In this document: piece after piece, positions 18,419-28,851 of the stretch | How positions within the stretch are numbered: position 1 is the stretch's first letter | Layout: the number at the start of each line of letters is the position of its first letter | Assembly (NCBI GenBank): GCA_034086705.1 | Contig: JAXDZV010000032.1 | Location: 1,865-65,864 of the forward strand | Direction: 5' to 3' | Length of the DNA stretch: 64,000 bases | DNA from: Eubacteriales bacterium | GTDB lineage: Bacteria; Bacillota; Clostridia; Oscillospirales; CAG-272 | Position numbers and translations under genes: made by a program | The notes under the pieces: model-generated | Database searches by the model: none | Told to the model about the DNA's origin: nothing | What the model saw: the letters and a program-made list of their open reading frames with translations, nothing else

Positions 18419-18819
18419 CCTTTCGCCAGGGACAACCGAGTAGGGGTGATTTGATCCGTGTACACGTTTCATTTTATGATCATTACGGCATTTATGAAAG
18501 CGACACGGCAGTATATGCATTCGGGCTGCCCGACAATACCGGCGTGGCACCTGAAGAAATCTGCGTGGTATGTACCCCGCTGGCTGTTTTCTGCGCCGGC
18601 GGCTTTGTGCAGGTCGCGCAGCTAACGCGTGCCGAACGCAAACAAGCCCGCTCTGCAGACCGGGTGATTGCGGCCGCTCGCGCACGTTTGGGAGAAACGG
18701 GATATCATATTTTGTACAATAACTGTGAGCATTTCGCAACCTCGTGCCTGTTCGGCACGCCGCGTTCCGCGCTGGTAGAAGAGGCACGCGCCTCAATTCG
18801 CAAAAAGCTCGGCCACTGA
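18415..18819 (+). CDS. LRAT / PLAAT (H-RAS-like suppressor) family NlpC/P60 acyltransferase-phospholipase
   Basis: Both family hallmarks are present: RGDLIRVHVSFYDHYGIY (GDLI...Y-H-x-G-I-Y) and HILYNNCEHFATSC (NCEHF catalytic Cys). 134 aa, no signal peptide. Confidence 0.8.
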   Translation: MTFRQGQPSRGDLIRVHVSFYDHYGIYESDTAVYAFGLPDNTGVAPEEICVVCTPLAVFCAGGFVQVAQLTRAERKQARSADRVIAAARARLGETGYHILYNNCEHFATSCLFGTPRSALVEEARASIRKKLGH

Positions 18820-18856
18820 AACAAAGCGGCCGAGCCATCAAAAAGGAGAGAGCGCT

Positions 18857-20812
18857 ATGACTTTTTTACCTGTCACCGCAGAGGAAATGCGTCAACGCGG
18901 CTGGGATCGACCGGATTTTGTCTATGTCTGTGGCGATGCTTATGTCGATCACCCTTCTTTCGGCGCTTCCATTATCACCCGCGTACTGGAGGCGGAGGGC
19001 TTTCGGATCTGTATGCTGGCACAGCCGCGCTTTGACAGCTGCGAGGATTTTCGCCGCTTTGGCTGTCCGCGGCTTGGTTTTTTAGTCAGCGCCGGTAATT
19101 TGGATTCCATGGTTGCTCACTATACCGTTGCAAAACGGCGCCGTACTTATGACTATTATTCTCCCGGCGGAAAAACCGGCTTGCGTCCCGACCGCGCCTG
19201 TATCGTCTACACCAACCGGATTCGGCAGGCATACGGGCATATTCCGGTCATTTTAGGTGGGCTGGAAGCATCTTTGCGACGCTTTGCCCATTACGATTAC
19301 TGGGACGATCGACTGCGCCATTCCATCCTACTGGACAGCGGTGCAGATTTGTTGATCTATGGAATGGGAGAAAACACCGTGCGCCGCATTGCCAAACTGC
19401 TTGACCGCGGAATTCCAATGAACCGCTTACGTGACATCCGCGGCACGGCATGGCTTGGCAAGCGAAATGACCGTGTTCATTTTCCTGTGGCAGGCACAAG
19501 CGACTTTACCACTTTGCGCCAAAGCAAGCTTGCCGTTGCACGGGCATTTTCTTTGCAATATCGCAATACAGATGCCGTTCATGGCGAAGCTGTTGTTGAG
19601 TATTACGGTGACCGCATGCTCGTACAAAACCCACCCATGCCACCACTGACACAGCCTGAACTGGATGCCGTTTACGCCTTGCCCTACGCCCGCGCCTGGC
19701 ATCCGATGTATGATGCCGCAGGCGGTGTACCCGCTTTGGCCGAGGTTAAATTTTCCATCACACATAACCGTGGCTGTTTCGGCGGCTGCAATTTCTGCGC
19801 CATTACATTTCACCAGGGGCGTCAGGTAAGCTGCCGCAGCATTGCAAGTGTAACTGCGGAAGCAAAACTGCTCACCACACTACCTGATTTCAAAGGGTAT
19901 ATTCACGATGTCGGCGGACCGACTGCAAACTTTCGCCGTCCTGCCTGTGACAAGCAGCGTACGCAAGGCGTCTGCAAAGACCGGCACTGCCTGACGCCAA
20001 CGCCTTGCCCCGCACTGCGTGCGGAACACAGCGAATATCTGGAACTGCTGCGCGCCGTAGAAGCAGTTCCGGGGGTCAAAAAAGTGTTTATCCGCTCCGG
20101 CATTCGCTATGACTATCTTCTGGCAGACCGCACACCCGCCGCAGATGCATTTTTCAAAAAGCTGGTTCGCGACCATATTTCCGGGCAGCTTCGCGTCGCA
20201 CCGGAGCATTGCTCAGAAGCGGTTCTACACTGTATGGGCAAAGCCCCGCTTCAAGCTTACCACATCTTCCGCAAGCGTTTTTATACACTGTGTAAACAAA
20301 TGGGGTTGCAACAATATCTGGTGCCCTATCTGATGTCCTCACATCCGGGAAGTACCCTCTCAGATGCAGTTGATCTGGCGCTGTGCATTCGCCAATGGGG
20401 CTGTGAGCCAGAGCAAGTGCAGGATTTTTACCCAACACCGGGTACCGCCTCCACCGTTATGTTTTATACTGGGCTGGACCCTTTTACGGAGCAGCCGGTC
20501 TTTGTTCCGCGCGACCGACATGAAAAACAGATGCAGCGAGCCTTGCTGCAGCCAACACGGCCGCAAAACGCCCCGTTGGTGCGAGAAGCCCTGCAGCAGT
20601 GTGGCCGCACTGAGCTACTCGACGTACTACTGCACGGCTCAGCGCCCGCAAAATACCACCATTCGCCGCCGCAACCGGCAACTTCTGCCAAACGCAAACC
20701 CAGGCAGCACCTTTGCAAGCCGCAGACGCCTACCGCATCCCCACCGCGACCGCGATTGAAAAAAAAGCCCGCGCCCACGGGCAAACAAGCAACGAAGGGA
20801 AAACGATCATGA
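18857..20812 (+). CDS. ygiQ: YgiQ family radical SAM protein (UPF0313)
   Basis: N-terminal PDFVYVCGDAYVDHPSFGASII, radical-SAM CFGGCNFC, basic Pro/Lys-rich tail. Only 37 nt after the LRAT gene, with no hairpin between. Confidence 0.85.
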   Translation: MTFLPVTAEEMRQRGWDRPDFVYVCGDAYVDHPSFGASIITRVLEAEGFRICMLAQPRFDSCEDFRRFGCPRLGFLVSAGNLDSMVAHYTVAKRRRTYDYYSPGGKTGLRPDRACIVYTNRIRQAYGHIPVILGGLEASLRRFAHYDYWDDRLRHSILLDSGADLLIYGMGENTVRRIAKLLDRGIPMNRLRDIRGTAWLGKRNDRVHFPVAGTSDFTTLRQSKLAVARAFSLQYRNTDAVHGEAVVEYYGDRMLVQNPPMPPLTQPELDAVYALPYARAWHPMYDAAGGVPALAEVKFSITHNRGCFGGCNFCAITFHQGRQVSCRSIASVTAEAKLLTTLPDFKGYIHDVGGPTANFRRPACDKQRTQGVCKDRHCLTPTPCPALRAEHSEYLELLRAVEAVPGVKKVFIRSGIRYDYLLADRTPAADAFFKKLVRDHISGQLRVAPEHCSEAVLHCMGKAPLQAYHIFRKRFYTLCKQMGLQQYLVPYLMSSHPGSTLSDAVDLALCIRQWGCEPEQVQDFYPTPGTASTVMFYTGLDPFTEQPVFVPRDRHEKQMQRALLQPTRPQNAPLVREALQQCGRTELLDVLLHGSAPAKYHHSPPQPATSAKRKPRQHLCKPQTPTASPPRPRLKKKPAPTGKQATKGKRS

Positions 20813-21405
20813 GCGAGTTACAGGAAAAATTTATCCGCATTTATCGGGAGAATATTCAGCGCGAAGGCGCCGACAAGCTGCTTGACTGGCTCTGCTCTCC
20901 AGCCAGCGACTTTTTCACTGCGCCCGCTTCCACACGGTATCACGGCGCCTACGAGGGCGGTTTGTGCGAACATTCTATCAATGTTTATGAATGCCTGTGT
21001 GACTATTTGCAGCGGCCACGCGTGCGGGAAATGTACGACCTTGCCCCCTCCGCCCAAACCGTTGCTATCGTAGCCTTATTACACGATCTATGCAAAGTCA
21101 ACTGTTATAAGCCATCTTTTCGCAATGTCAAGGACGAAAACGGAACCTGGCACAAAGTGCCATGTTATGAGTTTGCCGATCCGTTGCCGTACGGACATGG
21201 TGAAAAAAGCGTATATATTATCAGCAGCTTCATGCGGCTGAGTCGTGAAGAAGCGTTTGCTATCCGCTTTCATATGGGCTTTTCAGCGACAGACGAAGCA
21301 CGGCTGGTCGGCGATGCATATGAAAAATTCCCTCTTTGTATTGCGGTATCGACAGCAGATTTGGAAGCTTCTTACTTTGTTGAATCACGCAAAACGAAGC
21401 AATAA
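20809..21405 (+). CDS. HD-domain phosphohydrolase
   Basis: STRYHGAYEGGLCEHS and ALLHDLCK motifs. ATGA overlap with the ygiQ stop; start at Met33 of the track ORF. Confidence 0.7.
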   Translation: MSELQEKFIRIYRENIQREGADKLLDWLCSPASDFFTAPASTRYHGAYEGGLCEHSINVYECLCDYLQRPRVREMYDLAPSAQTVAIVALLHDLCKVNCYKPSFRNVKDENGTWHKVPCYEFADPLPYGHGEKSVYIISSFMRLSREEAFAIRFHMGFSATDEARLVGDAYEKFPLCIAVSTADLEASYFVESRKTKQ

Positions 21406-21503
21406 TCTTTTCGAGTCTTCCGCTTCCTAATAATCAGCAAAGCTGCCATCTTACAAGGGGAAACTACACGTCCCAATGAGCAGCGGTATGTGCGTAAAAC
21501 AGG

Positions 21504-21532
21504 AAAGGCGTGCCCTTTGTGGGCACGCCTTT
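21504..21532. terminator. Bidirectional intrinsic terminator
   Basis: AAAGGCGTGCCC-tttgt-GGGCACGCCTTTT between convergent genes; the first terminator after the 13.9 kb cassette. Confidence 0.7.
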
Positions 21533-21699
21533 TGCACTATGGGGATAGCCACAAGGTAGCGCAAGGGACATCGCTCCTTATTCGGAACGCAATAGGGCAA
21601 GAAAGCACTCGGCTTTCCCTTTGCAGAGCGCACCTGCGGGCTGCCCCGTATAAAAGTGCATCCTTGTGTCTACTCGATCCGCCCCAATTCTTAGAAATG

Positions 21700-22233
21700 T
21701 TATCTGCGCGAGTATTCCTTCTGCACCTTCAAATAAAAGTGTTCTTCGCTTTGCTGACAGGACAGCGTCGTCAATCCCTCGTCTTCACACATTTTCAATA
21801 TAGAATGCATATCTTGAGAATCCAACTTGCCAACACCATAGGTAGTTTTTATTGTTTCGTGAGGCATTTGCACAACTACATCCACGCAAAAAGGAACTGG
21901 ATAAGCTGATGCTATATTGCAATCCCAAATATGAAGTTCCCCACCTCTTTTCAAAACTCTGGTAGCTTCTCCAATGGCCTTTCTTTGTTCTTCTTCCCCC
22001 ATAAACAGTAAAGTAAAGAAGAAGGTCACATTATCAAAAGAATTCGCTTCCTGTTGGAGCTCAGTTGCATCCATAAGCACTTTTTTGCAGACATTTGGTG
22101 CTTCATCAAGTTCTTCCTGTCTGCTGTCGATGGCTGTAACCTGTTCACGATAAAGGCGTCCTATGATACCTTCTCCGCCGCCTCCAATATCAAGAATGTT
22201 ACCTGACAACTCTTTGTGTAAATGCAAAATCAT
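21700..22233 (-). CDS. Class I SAM-dependent methyltransferase (small, AT-rich gene)
   Basis: Motif I ILDIGGGGEGIIG, acidic loop AIDS, post-I LMDATEL; 177 aa. Visibly lower GC than its neighbours. Confidence 0.75.
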   Translation of the reverse strand: MILHLHKELSGNILDIGGGGEGIIGRLYREQVTAIDSRQEELDEAPNVCKKVLMDATELQQEANSFDNVTFFFTLLFMGEEEQRKAIGEATRVLKRGGELHIWDCNIASAYPVPFCVDVVVQMPHETIKTTYGVGKLDSQDMHSILKMCEDEGLTTLSCQQSEEHFYLKVQKEYSRR

Positions 22234-22475
22234 TGTAATCCTCTTCCGAAAATTCCGGTTTGCAGTCCTTTTAGTACCATACTACCACACAACAGAATGA
22301 AACGCAAGAACAGGCACAGTAACGCAAACGACTGTGCCTGTTAACTGTCTTATATACACCGTTCTTTTTCGGGCCGCGGTTTTTCTGCGGCACGGTCGCT
22401 GCGGGATTGCGCACGGCAGGTGCGAAGCCGTCTTGCTTTTCCCTGCAGCGCCGTGCCGTATGCAACCTGGCAACG

Positions 22476-22793
22476 CTATGCGCTGAGCAGATCGATCAAA
22501 ACATCCTTCGCCGTGCAAGGCGTAACCCCGCCGTGTACCAACGCAAAATAAATCTGAAAAGCAAAAACCTCGTCCGTGGAAAAATTGTAAAGCAGCCTCT
22601 CTTCTTCTGTTTTTCCCGCCTTTATTTTAGACAGATAAATCGAATAGGCCCCAGGGTGGGAAAACAGAAGCTCATAGCAAATGAAAAACGGTGTTCCGTC
22701 TTCTCCGTGCATTTCGCGCAGTTCCATTTTCAAAATCCGCAACGCCCGCGGCTGTGTTTCCCTTTCACATTTGGCCAGATATGTATGCAACAT
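22476..22793 (-). CDS. Hypothetical protein
   Basis: Balanced composition (MLHTYLAKCERETQPRALRILKMELREMHGEDGTPFF...), GGAGG RBS before Met19 of the track ORF and a TACAAT -10-like element upstream. No family recognised. Confidence 0.45.
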   Translation of the reverse strand: MLHTYLAKCERETQPRALRILKMELREMHGEDGTPFFICYELLFSHPGAYSIYLSKIKAGKTEEERLLYNFSTDEVFAFQIYFALVHGGVTPCTAKDVLIDLLSA

Positions 22794-23151
22794 TCCCCTC
22801 CGACACCTCCGCTTCATTTCATGGCTGTATTGTACCATGGAATGCACACGAAGAAAAGCAGAATGATTCGCCGCAATCCGACAAAAAACGCGCAGGCTTC
22901 CTTTTTTGGGAAATATTTGTGTGCCGTGGACAAATATTTTGTTGTTTGGTGTCGTTTTTTGCCTGCGAAATATTTTCCTTTCGATTCCTTCGACGCCACT
23001 TTTTCCTTACAAAAACACAAACAGCATACCATTGCGGTATTGTTTTCCATATCTGCCTATAGTCTCCCTTTGCATTCTGCCCTTGCAATATGGTATATTG
23101 AAGACAACATAATGTGATACAGCGGCTTACTGCCGTGAAGGGAGTATCTTT

Positions 23152-23409
23152 ATGCGCCGGTTTTCATCTTTGCCGCAGCCGGGTATACATACGCGTCGTC
23201 TGCTCGGCATCCTACTGCCTGTGATCGCCGTTTTGTTGGCAGAGCAGATTTTGCTTTATTTTGCAGCACCGCCTGAGACACGACTGCACTTTGTCAGCGT
23301 GCTTGCTGACCGCGTGGAGTGCCTGTGTCACTGTTTTGCGGTAACAGTCGGCGGCGCCCTTTTATTGGAATGCGCAGCACCGCATCATGCCGCAAATGAG
23401 AAAAAATGA
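23152..23409 (+). CDS. Small hypothetical membrane protein (two TM segments)
   Basis: AAGGGAG RBS, TTGCAT-18-TATATT promoter-like element upstream, two hydrophobic helices. Confidence 0.5.
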   Translation: MRRFSSLPQPGIHTRRLLGILLPVIAVLLAEQILLYFAAPPETRLHFVSVLADRVECLCHCFAVTVGGALLLECAAPHHAANEKK

Positions 23410-23446
23410 TGCCAATTGACAATTGTTCGGCCGTTTAGATGTTTGC

Positions 23447-25123
23447 TTAAAACAGCCCTGTAATTTGTCCGTCTGCATCCACATCGATTTGCTCTGCAGC
23501 AGGATGTGCGGGCAAACCGGGCATGGTCATAATGTCCCCTGTGCGTACAACCACAAAGCCAGCGCCGGCGCTGACACGCACATCCTTTACCGTCACAAAA
23601 AAGCCACTCGGCGCACCAAGCTTTGCCGGGTCATCGGAAAAGCTGTATTGCGTCTTTGCGATGCACACCGGGCAATGGCCAAAGCCCAAAGCCTCCAGCC
23701 GCGCAAGCTGCCGCTGTGCTGCCGGCGTATACTGTACCCCTTCGCCGCCGTAGACCCGGGTCACGACGGCGTTGATTTTTTCCTGCAATGGCGCCGCGTC
23801 TTCATAAGCGTAGCGAAAAGATGCCGTCTGCTCCGTACACAGCCTGATGACTTCCTGCGCAAGGGCCTGTGCGCCGGCTCCCCCCTGTGCCCATACGGTA
23901 GATGGAATCGCATGCACCCCTTGTGCTGCACAGGCCTGCACAACACAGTCTATCTCCCGGTCCGTATCGTCCGGGAAGCGGTTGACCGCGACCACGCATG
24001 GTAACCCGAACACATCCCGCATATTGCTCACGTGGCGCATCAAATTGGCAAGGCCCTTGTGCAACGCAGGGAGATTTTCTGCGCTAAGCTCTTTTTTCGC
24101 AACGCCGCCGTGCATTTTCAACGCACGTACGGTTGCAACCAAGACAACTGCATTGGGCTGTAAAGACGCCATGCGGCATTTAATATCCAGAAATTTCTCT
24201 GCTCCCAAATCTGCACCAAAGCCTGCCTCCGTTACAGTATATTCTGCGGTGCGCAGTGCCATCCGCGTAGCGGCAACGGAGTTACACCCATGTGCAATAT
24301 TCGCGAACGGCCCACCATGTACAAAAGCCGGGGTACCCTCCAGGGTCTGTACCAAATTCGGCTTCAGCGCATCCAGTAAAAGCGCCGTCATAGCACCCTG
24401 GGCATGCAAATCAGCCGCTGTTACCGGCTGATCCTCTCGGGTGTAGCCAACGATAATGCGCCCCAGCCGCTCCTTCAACTCCGTTACCGATGCGCTCAGG
24501 CACAACACTGCCATGATCTCACTGGCAACGGTGATGTCAAAACCGTCCTCCCGCGGGGTACCGTTCACCGAACCGCCCAGCCCGTCCACGATGTGTCGCA
24601 GCTGTCGGTCATTCATGTCAACACAGCGACGCCAAGTGATTTTTCGCGGGTCTATGCCAAGTGCATTTCCCTGTTGTATATGATTGTCCAGCATGGCAGC
24701 CAGCAAATTGTTTGCAGCGCCGATCGCATGGAAATCACCCGTAAAATGCAAATTGATGTCCTCCATAGGAATTACCTGGGCATAGCCACCGCCTGCAGCA
24801 CCGCCCTTGACACCAAACACCGGCCCAAGAGATGGCTCGCGCAAGGCAACCACGGCGTTTTTGCCCAAGCGGCGCAACCCGTCTGCCAGACCAATTGTGG
24901 TTGTCGTTTTGCCCTCTCCCGCCGGCGTTGGGTTAATGGCGCTTACCAGCACCAGCTTAGCATCCTGCCGCTGCGGCATACGCAGCAGGGAAAGATCAAT
25001 TTTTGCCTTGCGGCTGCCATAGCTTTCCACATAGCGCGCGTCGATCCCGGCACGAGCGGCAACCTCTGTAATCGGCAGGGGCTTTGCCCTGCGCGCAATC
25101 TCAAGATCGGATAAATATTCCAT
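23447..25123 (-). CDS. fhs: Formate--tetrahydrofolate ligase
   Basis: 558 aa, [18 protein letters not shown]..., P-loop [15 protein letters not shown]. Confidence 0.93.
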   Translation of the reverse strand: MEYLSDLEIARRAKPLPITEVAARAGIDARYVESYGSRKAKIDLSLLRMPQRQDAKLVLVSAINPTPAGEGKTTTTIGLADGLRRLGKNAVVALREPSLGPVFGVKGGAAGGGYAQVIPMEDINLHFTGDFHAIGAANNLLAAMLDNHIQQGNALGIDPRKITWRRCVDMNDRQLRHIVDGLGGSVNGTPREDGFDITVASEIMAVLCLSASVTELKERLGRIIVGYTREDQPVTAADLHAQGAMTALLLDALKPNLVQTLEGTPAFVHGGPFANIAHGCNSVAATRMALRTAEYTVTEAGFGADLGAEKFLDIKCRMASLQPNAVVLVATVRALKMHGGVAKKELSAENLPALHKGLANLMRHVSNMRDVFGLPCVVAVNRFPDDTDREIDCVVQACAAQGVHAIPSTVWAQGGAGAQALAQEVIRLCTEQTASFRYAYEDAAPLQEKINAVVTRVYGGEGVQYTPAAQRQLARLEALGFGHCPVCIAKTQYSFSDDPAKLGAPSGFFVTVKDVRVSAGAGFVVVRTGDIMTMPGLPAHPAAEQIDVDADGQITGLF

Positions 25124-25143
25124 CGGTCTTTTTGCTCCTTTTT

Positions 25144-28100
25144 TTATTCTTTAAAAAATGCAACGGCTGCCTTGAATAGGTGTATGTCATATTCGCCGGG
25201 TACATTTTTATACAATCCGTTGCCTATCCGCTCACTATGCCCCATTTTTCCGAACACTCTGCCGTCCGGAGAAGTGATTCCCTCCACAGCCCAGGCGGAG
25301 TTGTTGGGGTTGTATGCGATCTGATCGGTCGCACGGCCGCCGGCATCCACATATTGCGTTGCAATTTGACCGTTGGCAGCAAGCTGCGCAAGCTGCGCAT
25401 CGCTGGCAATGAATCGCCCCTCCCCATGGGAAATCGGGACACTGACAATATCGCCCGGGTGCATATACCGCAGCCAGGGTGAGCGGTTGGTGACAATGCG
25501 CGTACGAACTATCTTAGACTGATGCCGCCCAATACGATTATACGTCAGTGTGGGAGCAGTGGGATTCGGATCGACAATTTTTCCGAAAGGCACCAATCCG
25601 AGTTTGATCAGTGCCTGAAACCCATTGCAAACACCAAGTATCAGGCCGCCGCGTCTGTCCAGCAAATCTTCCGTTGCCGCTCGCACGGCAGCGTTGCGAA
25701 ATACCGCGGTTATAAATTTCCCGGATCCATCCGGCTCGTCCGCACCGGAAAAGCCTCCCGGTATAAACAGCATCTGCGCGCGCCGCAACGACGCTGCCAG
25801 CGCCGCAACGCTTTGCTCTATGCGTTCCGGAGAAAGATTGTTCAGCACAAGCAACTCCGGCAACGCACCTGCCTCTTCCACGGCGGCCGCACTGTCATAT
25901 TCACAGTTGGTGCCCGGAAATACCGGAATCAAAACGAGCGGCTTTGCCGTGCGCACAGCGGGTGCGGCAGGAGGCGTCTGCAGTTCCGCCGGCTCATCTA
26001 ACGTCGGAATTTCCGTGTCGGCGGATGCTTGCTGCATAGGATATACGCCTTCCAATGTACCACAATAGCACTGTAAAATAACATCTGTCCCCACCTTGGC
26101 ATCCCGGTAGCAAAAGCTTTGTTCCGCAGTGACAACGCCAAGCGGCAGCGCGTCCGGCACGTCTTGCCGCACCGATAAAACAAACGCGCCGTAGCAAACA
26201 TCAAACAGTTCCCGCATGTTGCGCCCGGCATCGAAACAAAAGCCAAACCCGTTGCCAAAGCACATCTTCATAACCGCCTCTGCAACCCCGCCATAGCCCG
26301 GTGTATACGCCGCCTGCACAACGCCGCTGTGTATCAGCGCACTGACTTTCTCATACAACGCTTTCTGAGAAACCGGGTTCGGCAAGCCGCTTGCTTCCAG
26401 CTGCGGCCGCAGCAACACAAGGCGCTCCCCCGCATGGGTACAGGTATTGCAGACTATATGCTCTATTTGTTCTGTCGTGACGGCAAAAGAAACCAGCGTT
26501 GGAGGCACATCCAGCTCCTCAAAACTGCCACTCATGGAATCTTTTCCGCCGATCGCACCAACCCCCAGATCCATCTGTGCCGCAAACGCTCCCAGCAGCG
26601 CTGCAAGCGGCGCGCCCCAGCGTGCCGGGTCTTTTCCAGGGCGCGGGAAATACTCCTGCAGCGTCAAATACACCTCCGAGAAAGATGCACCGGCAGCAAT
26701 TAATTTTGAAACCGATTCTACCACAGCTAAGTATGCGCCGTGGTATGGGCTTTTTTCAGAAATATACGGATTATACCCCCACGCCATCACAGAACAGGTA
26801 TTGGTCTGCCCGTGCGGTACCGGAATTTTCTGCACCATCGCCTGTACCGGCGTTATTTGCCGCACGCCGCCGTAAGGCATCAAAACGGCGCCCGCACCGA
26901 TCGTAGAGTCAAACCGCTCACCCAGCCCCCGTTTATCACAAACATTCAAATCTGCTGCAAGTGTTTGCAGAGCAATGACAAAATCAGAATGAAACGGCCG
27001 GGAATACGGCTCTGCAGGCGCAACCGCAACGCGCGTATGTTTTTGTGCACCGTTAGTATCCAAAAATGCACGGCGCAAATTGACCACGGTTTCGCCACGC
27101 CAGCACATCATAAGGCGCGGTTCTGCACATACCTGTGCCACCGGCGTTGCCAGAAGATTCTCCGCCTGCGCCAACTCAATGAGCTGCGCAGCGTCCTCTG
27201 CTGCCACAACCACTGCCATACGCTCCTGCGATTCGCTGATGGCAAGCTCCGTACCATCCAGTCCTTCATACTTCTTCGGAACTGCGTCTAAATCTATGCG
27301 CAGCCCCTCTGCCAATTCCCCAATTGCGACACAGACACCACCGGCGCCGAAATCGTTACACCGTTTGATCATTTGGCAAGCCTTGGGGTTTTTGAAAAAG
27401 CGCTGCAGCTTTCTTTCCTGTACCGCGTTCCCTTTTTGTACCTCCGCGCCGCAATGCTCCAACGATTGTACCGTATGCGACTTGGAAGAACCCGTTGCAC
27501 CGCCACAGCCGTCTCTTCCTGTTTTCCCACCGAGCAAAATAACAACATCTCCCGCCTGCGGCTGCGCACGGCGTACCTGCTCTGCAGGCGCCGCTGCAAT
27601 AACAGCACCAAGCTCCATATGCTTTGCCAGATAGCCGGGATGATACAACTCATCCACAATTCCGGTTGCAAGCCCGATTTGGTTGCCATAGGAGGCATAT
27701 CCGGCAGCCGCCGTTGTTACAATTTTTCGCTGCGGTAGCTTGCCGGGTAACGTCTTTTCCACCGGCTGCCTCGGATCTGCCGCACCGGTCAGCCGCATGG
27801 CGCCGTATACATATGCTCTGCCGGAAAGCGGATCTCGAATTGCGCCGCCGATACAAGTCGCCGCGCCGCCGAATGGTTCAATCTCCGTAGGGTGATTATG
27901 GGTCTCATTTTTAAACAGCAGCAGCCACGGTTCTTTTTTTCCGTTGCGTTCTACATCGATTTTTACCGTGCATGCGTTGATTTCTTCCGAAGCATCCAAC
28001 CGATCCAAACGGCCGGTTTTCACCAGGTATTTTGCAGCCAACGTTGCAACATCCATCAAGCATATCGGTTTTTTGCTGTCAAGCTGCGTGCGTGTTTGCT

Positions 28101-28848
28101 GATATGTCTGCCAGGTCTTTTGCAAAAGGTCGTCTGCAAACTGCACATCGTCCAGCTGCGTAAGAAAAGTGGTATGGCGGCAATGATCAGACCAATAGGT
28201 ATCAATGACACGCAGCTCTGTCAAAGTAGGATCTCGCTGTTCAGTACAAAAATAATCACGGCAAAACCGAACATCGTCCAAATCCATGGCCAACCCCAGC
28301 CGCTGCGCGAGCGCTTCCAGCGCAAGATCGTCCATTGCACAAAAACCCTCTACCGTCTGAATCGGCGCGGGCTCGGGATATGTCGCCTGCAGCGAAGCCA
28401 CGGGCGCAGGGTCTGCTTGCCGTGCCTCAACGGGGTTAATTAAGTACTTTTGAATACAGGAAAATGCTGCCTGATCCAACTCTCCGTAAAACAAATAAAC
28501 CTTTGCCGTTTTGACCAGAGGCCGCTCTCCTTTGCATAAAAGTTGGATACATTCCGCAGCCGAATCGGCGCGCTGATCAAACTGACCGGGTAAATATTCC
28601 ACACAGAGCATTTGTGCTCCCTTACAATCAGGCGCATCAAATGTGCAAGTATCCACCGCCGGTTCCGAAAGTACCGTCTGTACGGCATATAAAAACGTCT
28701 CTTCGGTAAGCCCCTGCACGTCATAGCGATTCCATATGCGCACATCTTTTAGCGCACGAATTTGCAAAATCTCCCGCAGCTCTGTGCAAAGCGCTTTGGC
28801 TTCGTCGGCAAAAGCAGGCTTTTTTTCTACGTACACCCTATATACCAT
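25144..28848 (-). CDS. purL: Phosphoribosylformylglycinamidine synthase, single-chain (PurS-L-Q fusion type)
   Basis: 1234 aa; AIR-synthase-like repeats and a C-terminal glutamine amidotransferase with GVCNGFQ. Confidence 0.92.
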   Translation of the reverse strand: MVYRVYVEKKPAFADEAKALCTELREILQIRALKDVRIWNRYDVQGLTEETFLYAVQTVLSEPAVDTCTFDAPDCKGAQMLCVEYLPGQFDQRADSAAECIQLLCKGERPLVKTAKVYLFYGELDQAAFSCIQKYLINPVEARQADPAPVASLQATYPEPAPIQTVEGFCAMDDLALEALAQRLGLAMDLDDVRFCRDYFCTEQRDPTLTELRVIDTYWSDHCRHTTFLTQLDDVQFADDLLQKTWQTYQQTRTQLDSKKPICLMDVATLAAKYLVKTGRLDRLDASEEINACTVKIDVERNGKKEPWLLLFKNETHNHPTEIEPFGGAATCIGGAIRDPLSGRAYVYGAMRLTGAADPRQPVEKTLPGKLPQRKIVTTAAAGYASYGNQIGLATGIVDELYHPGYLAKHMELGAVIAAAPAEQVRRAQPQAGDVVILLGGKTGRDGCGGATGSSKSHTVQSLEHCGAEVQKGNAVQERKLQRFFKNPKACQMIKRCNDFGAGGVCVAIGELAEGLRIDLDAVPKKYEGLDGTELAISESQERMAVVVAAEDAAQLIELAQAENLLATPVAQVCAEPRLMMCWRGETVVNLRRAFLDTNGAQKHTRVAVAPAEPYSRPFHSDFVIALQTLAADLNVCDKRGLGERFDSTIGAGAVLMPYGGVRQITPVQAMVQKIPVPHGQTNTCSVMAWGYNPYISEKSPYHGAYLAVVESVSKLIAAGASFSEVYLTLQEYFPRPGKDPARWGAPLAALLGAFAAQMDLGVGAIGGKDSMSGSFEELDVPPTLVSFAVTTEQIEHIVCNTCTHAGERLVLLRPQLEASGLPNPVSQKALYEKVSALIHSGVVQAAYTPGYGGVAEAVMKMCFGNGFGFCFDAGRNMRELFDVCYGAFVLSVRQDVPDALPLGVVTAEQSFCYRDAKVGTDVILQCYCGTLEGVYPMQQASADTEIPTLDEPAELQTPPAAPAVRTAKPLVLIPVFPGTNCEYDSAAAVEEAGALPELLVLNNLSPERIEQSVAALAASLRRAQMLFIPGGFSGADEPDGSGKFITAVFRNAAVRAATEDLLDRRGGLILGVCNGFQALIKLGLVPFGKIVDPNPTAPTLTYNRIGRHQSKIVRTRIVTNRSPWLRYMHPGDIVSVPISHGEGRFIASDAQLAQLAANGQIATQYVDAGGRATDQIAYNPNNSAWAVEGITSPDGRVFGKMGHSERIGNGLYKNVPGEYDIHLFKAAVAFFKE

Positions 28849-28851
28849 AGC

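Noticed and set aside
22407-23117. 236-aa plus-strand ORF across the AT-rich islet
   Set aside because: The translation is Arg/Lys/Phe/Cys-rich and spans obvious intergenic A/T runs. The opposite-strand 22476..22793 frame has better composition, an RBS and a -10 element.
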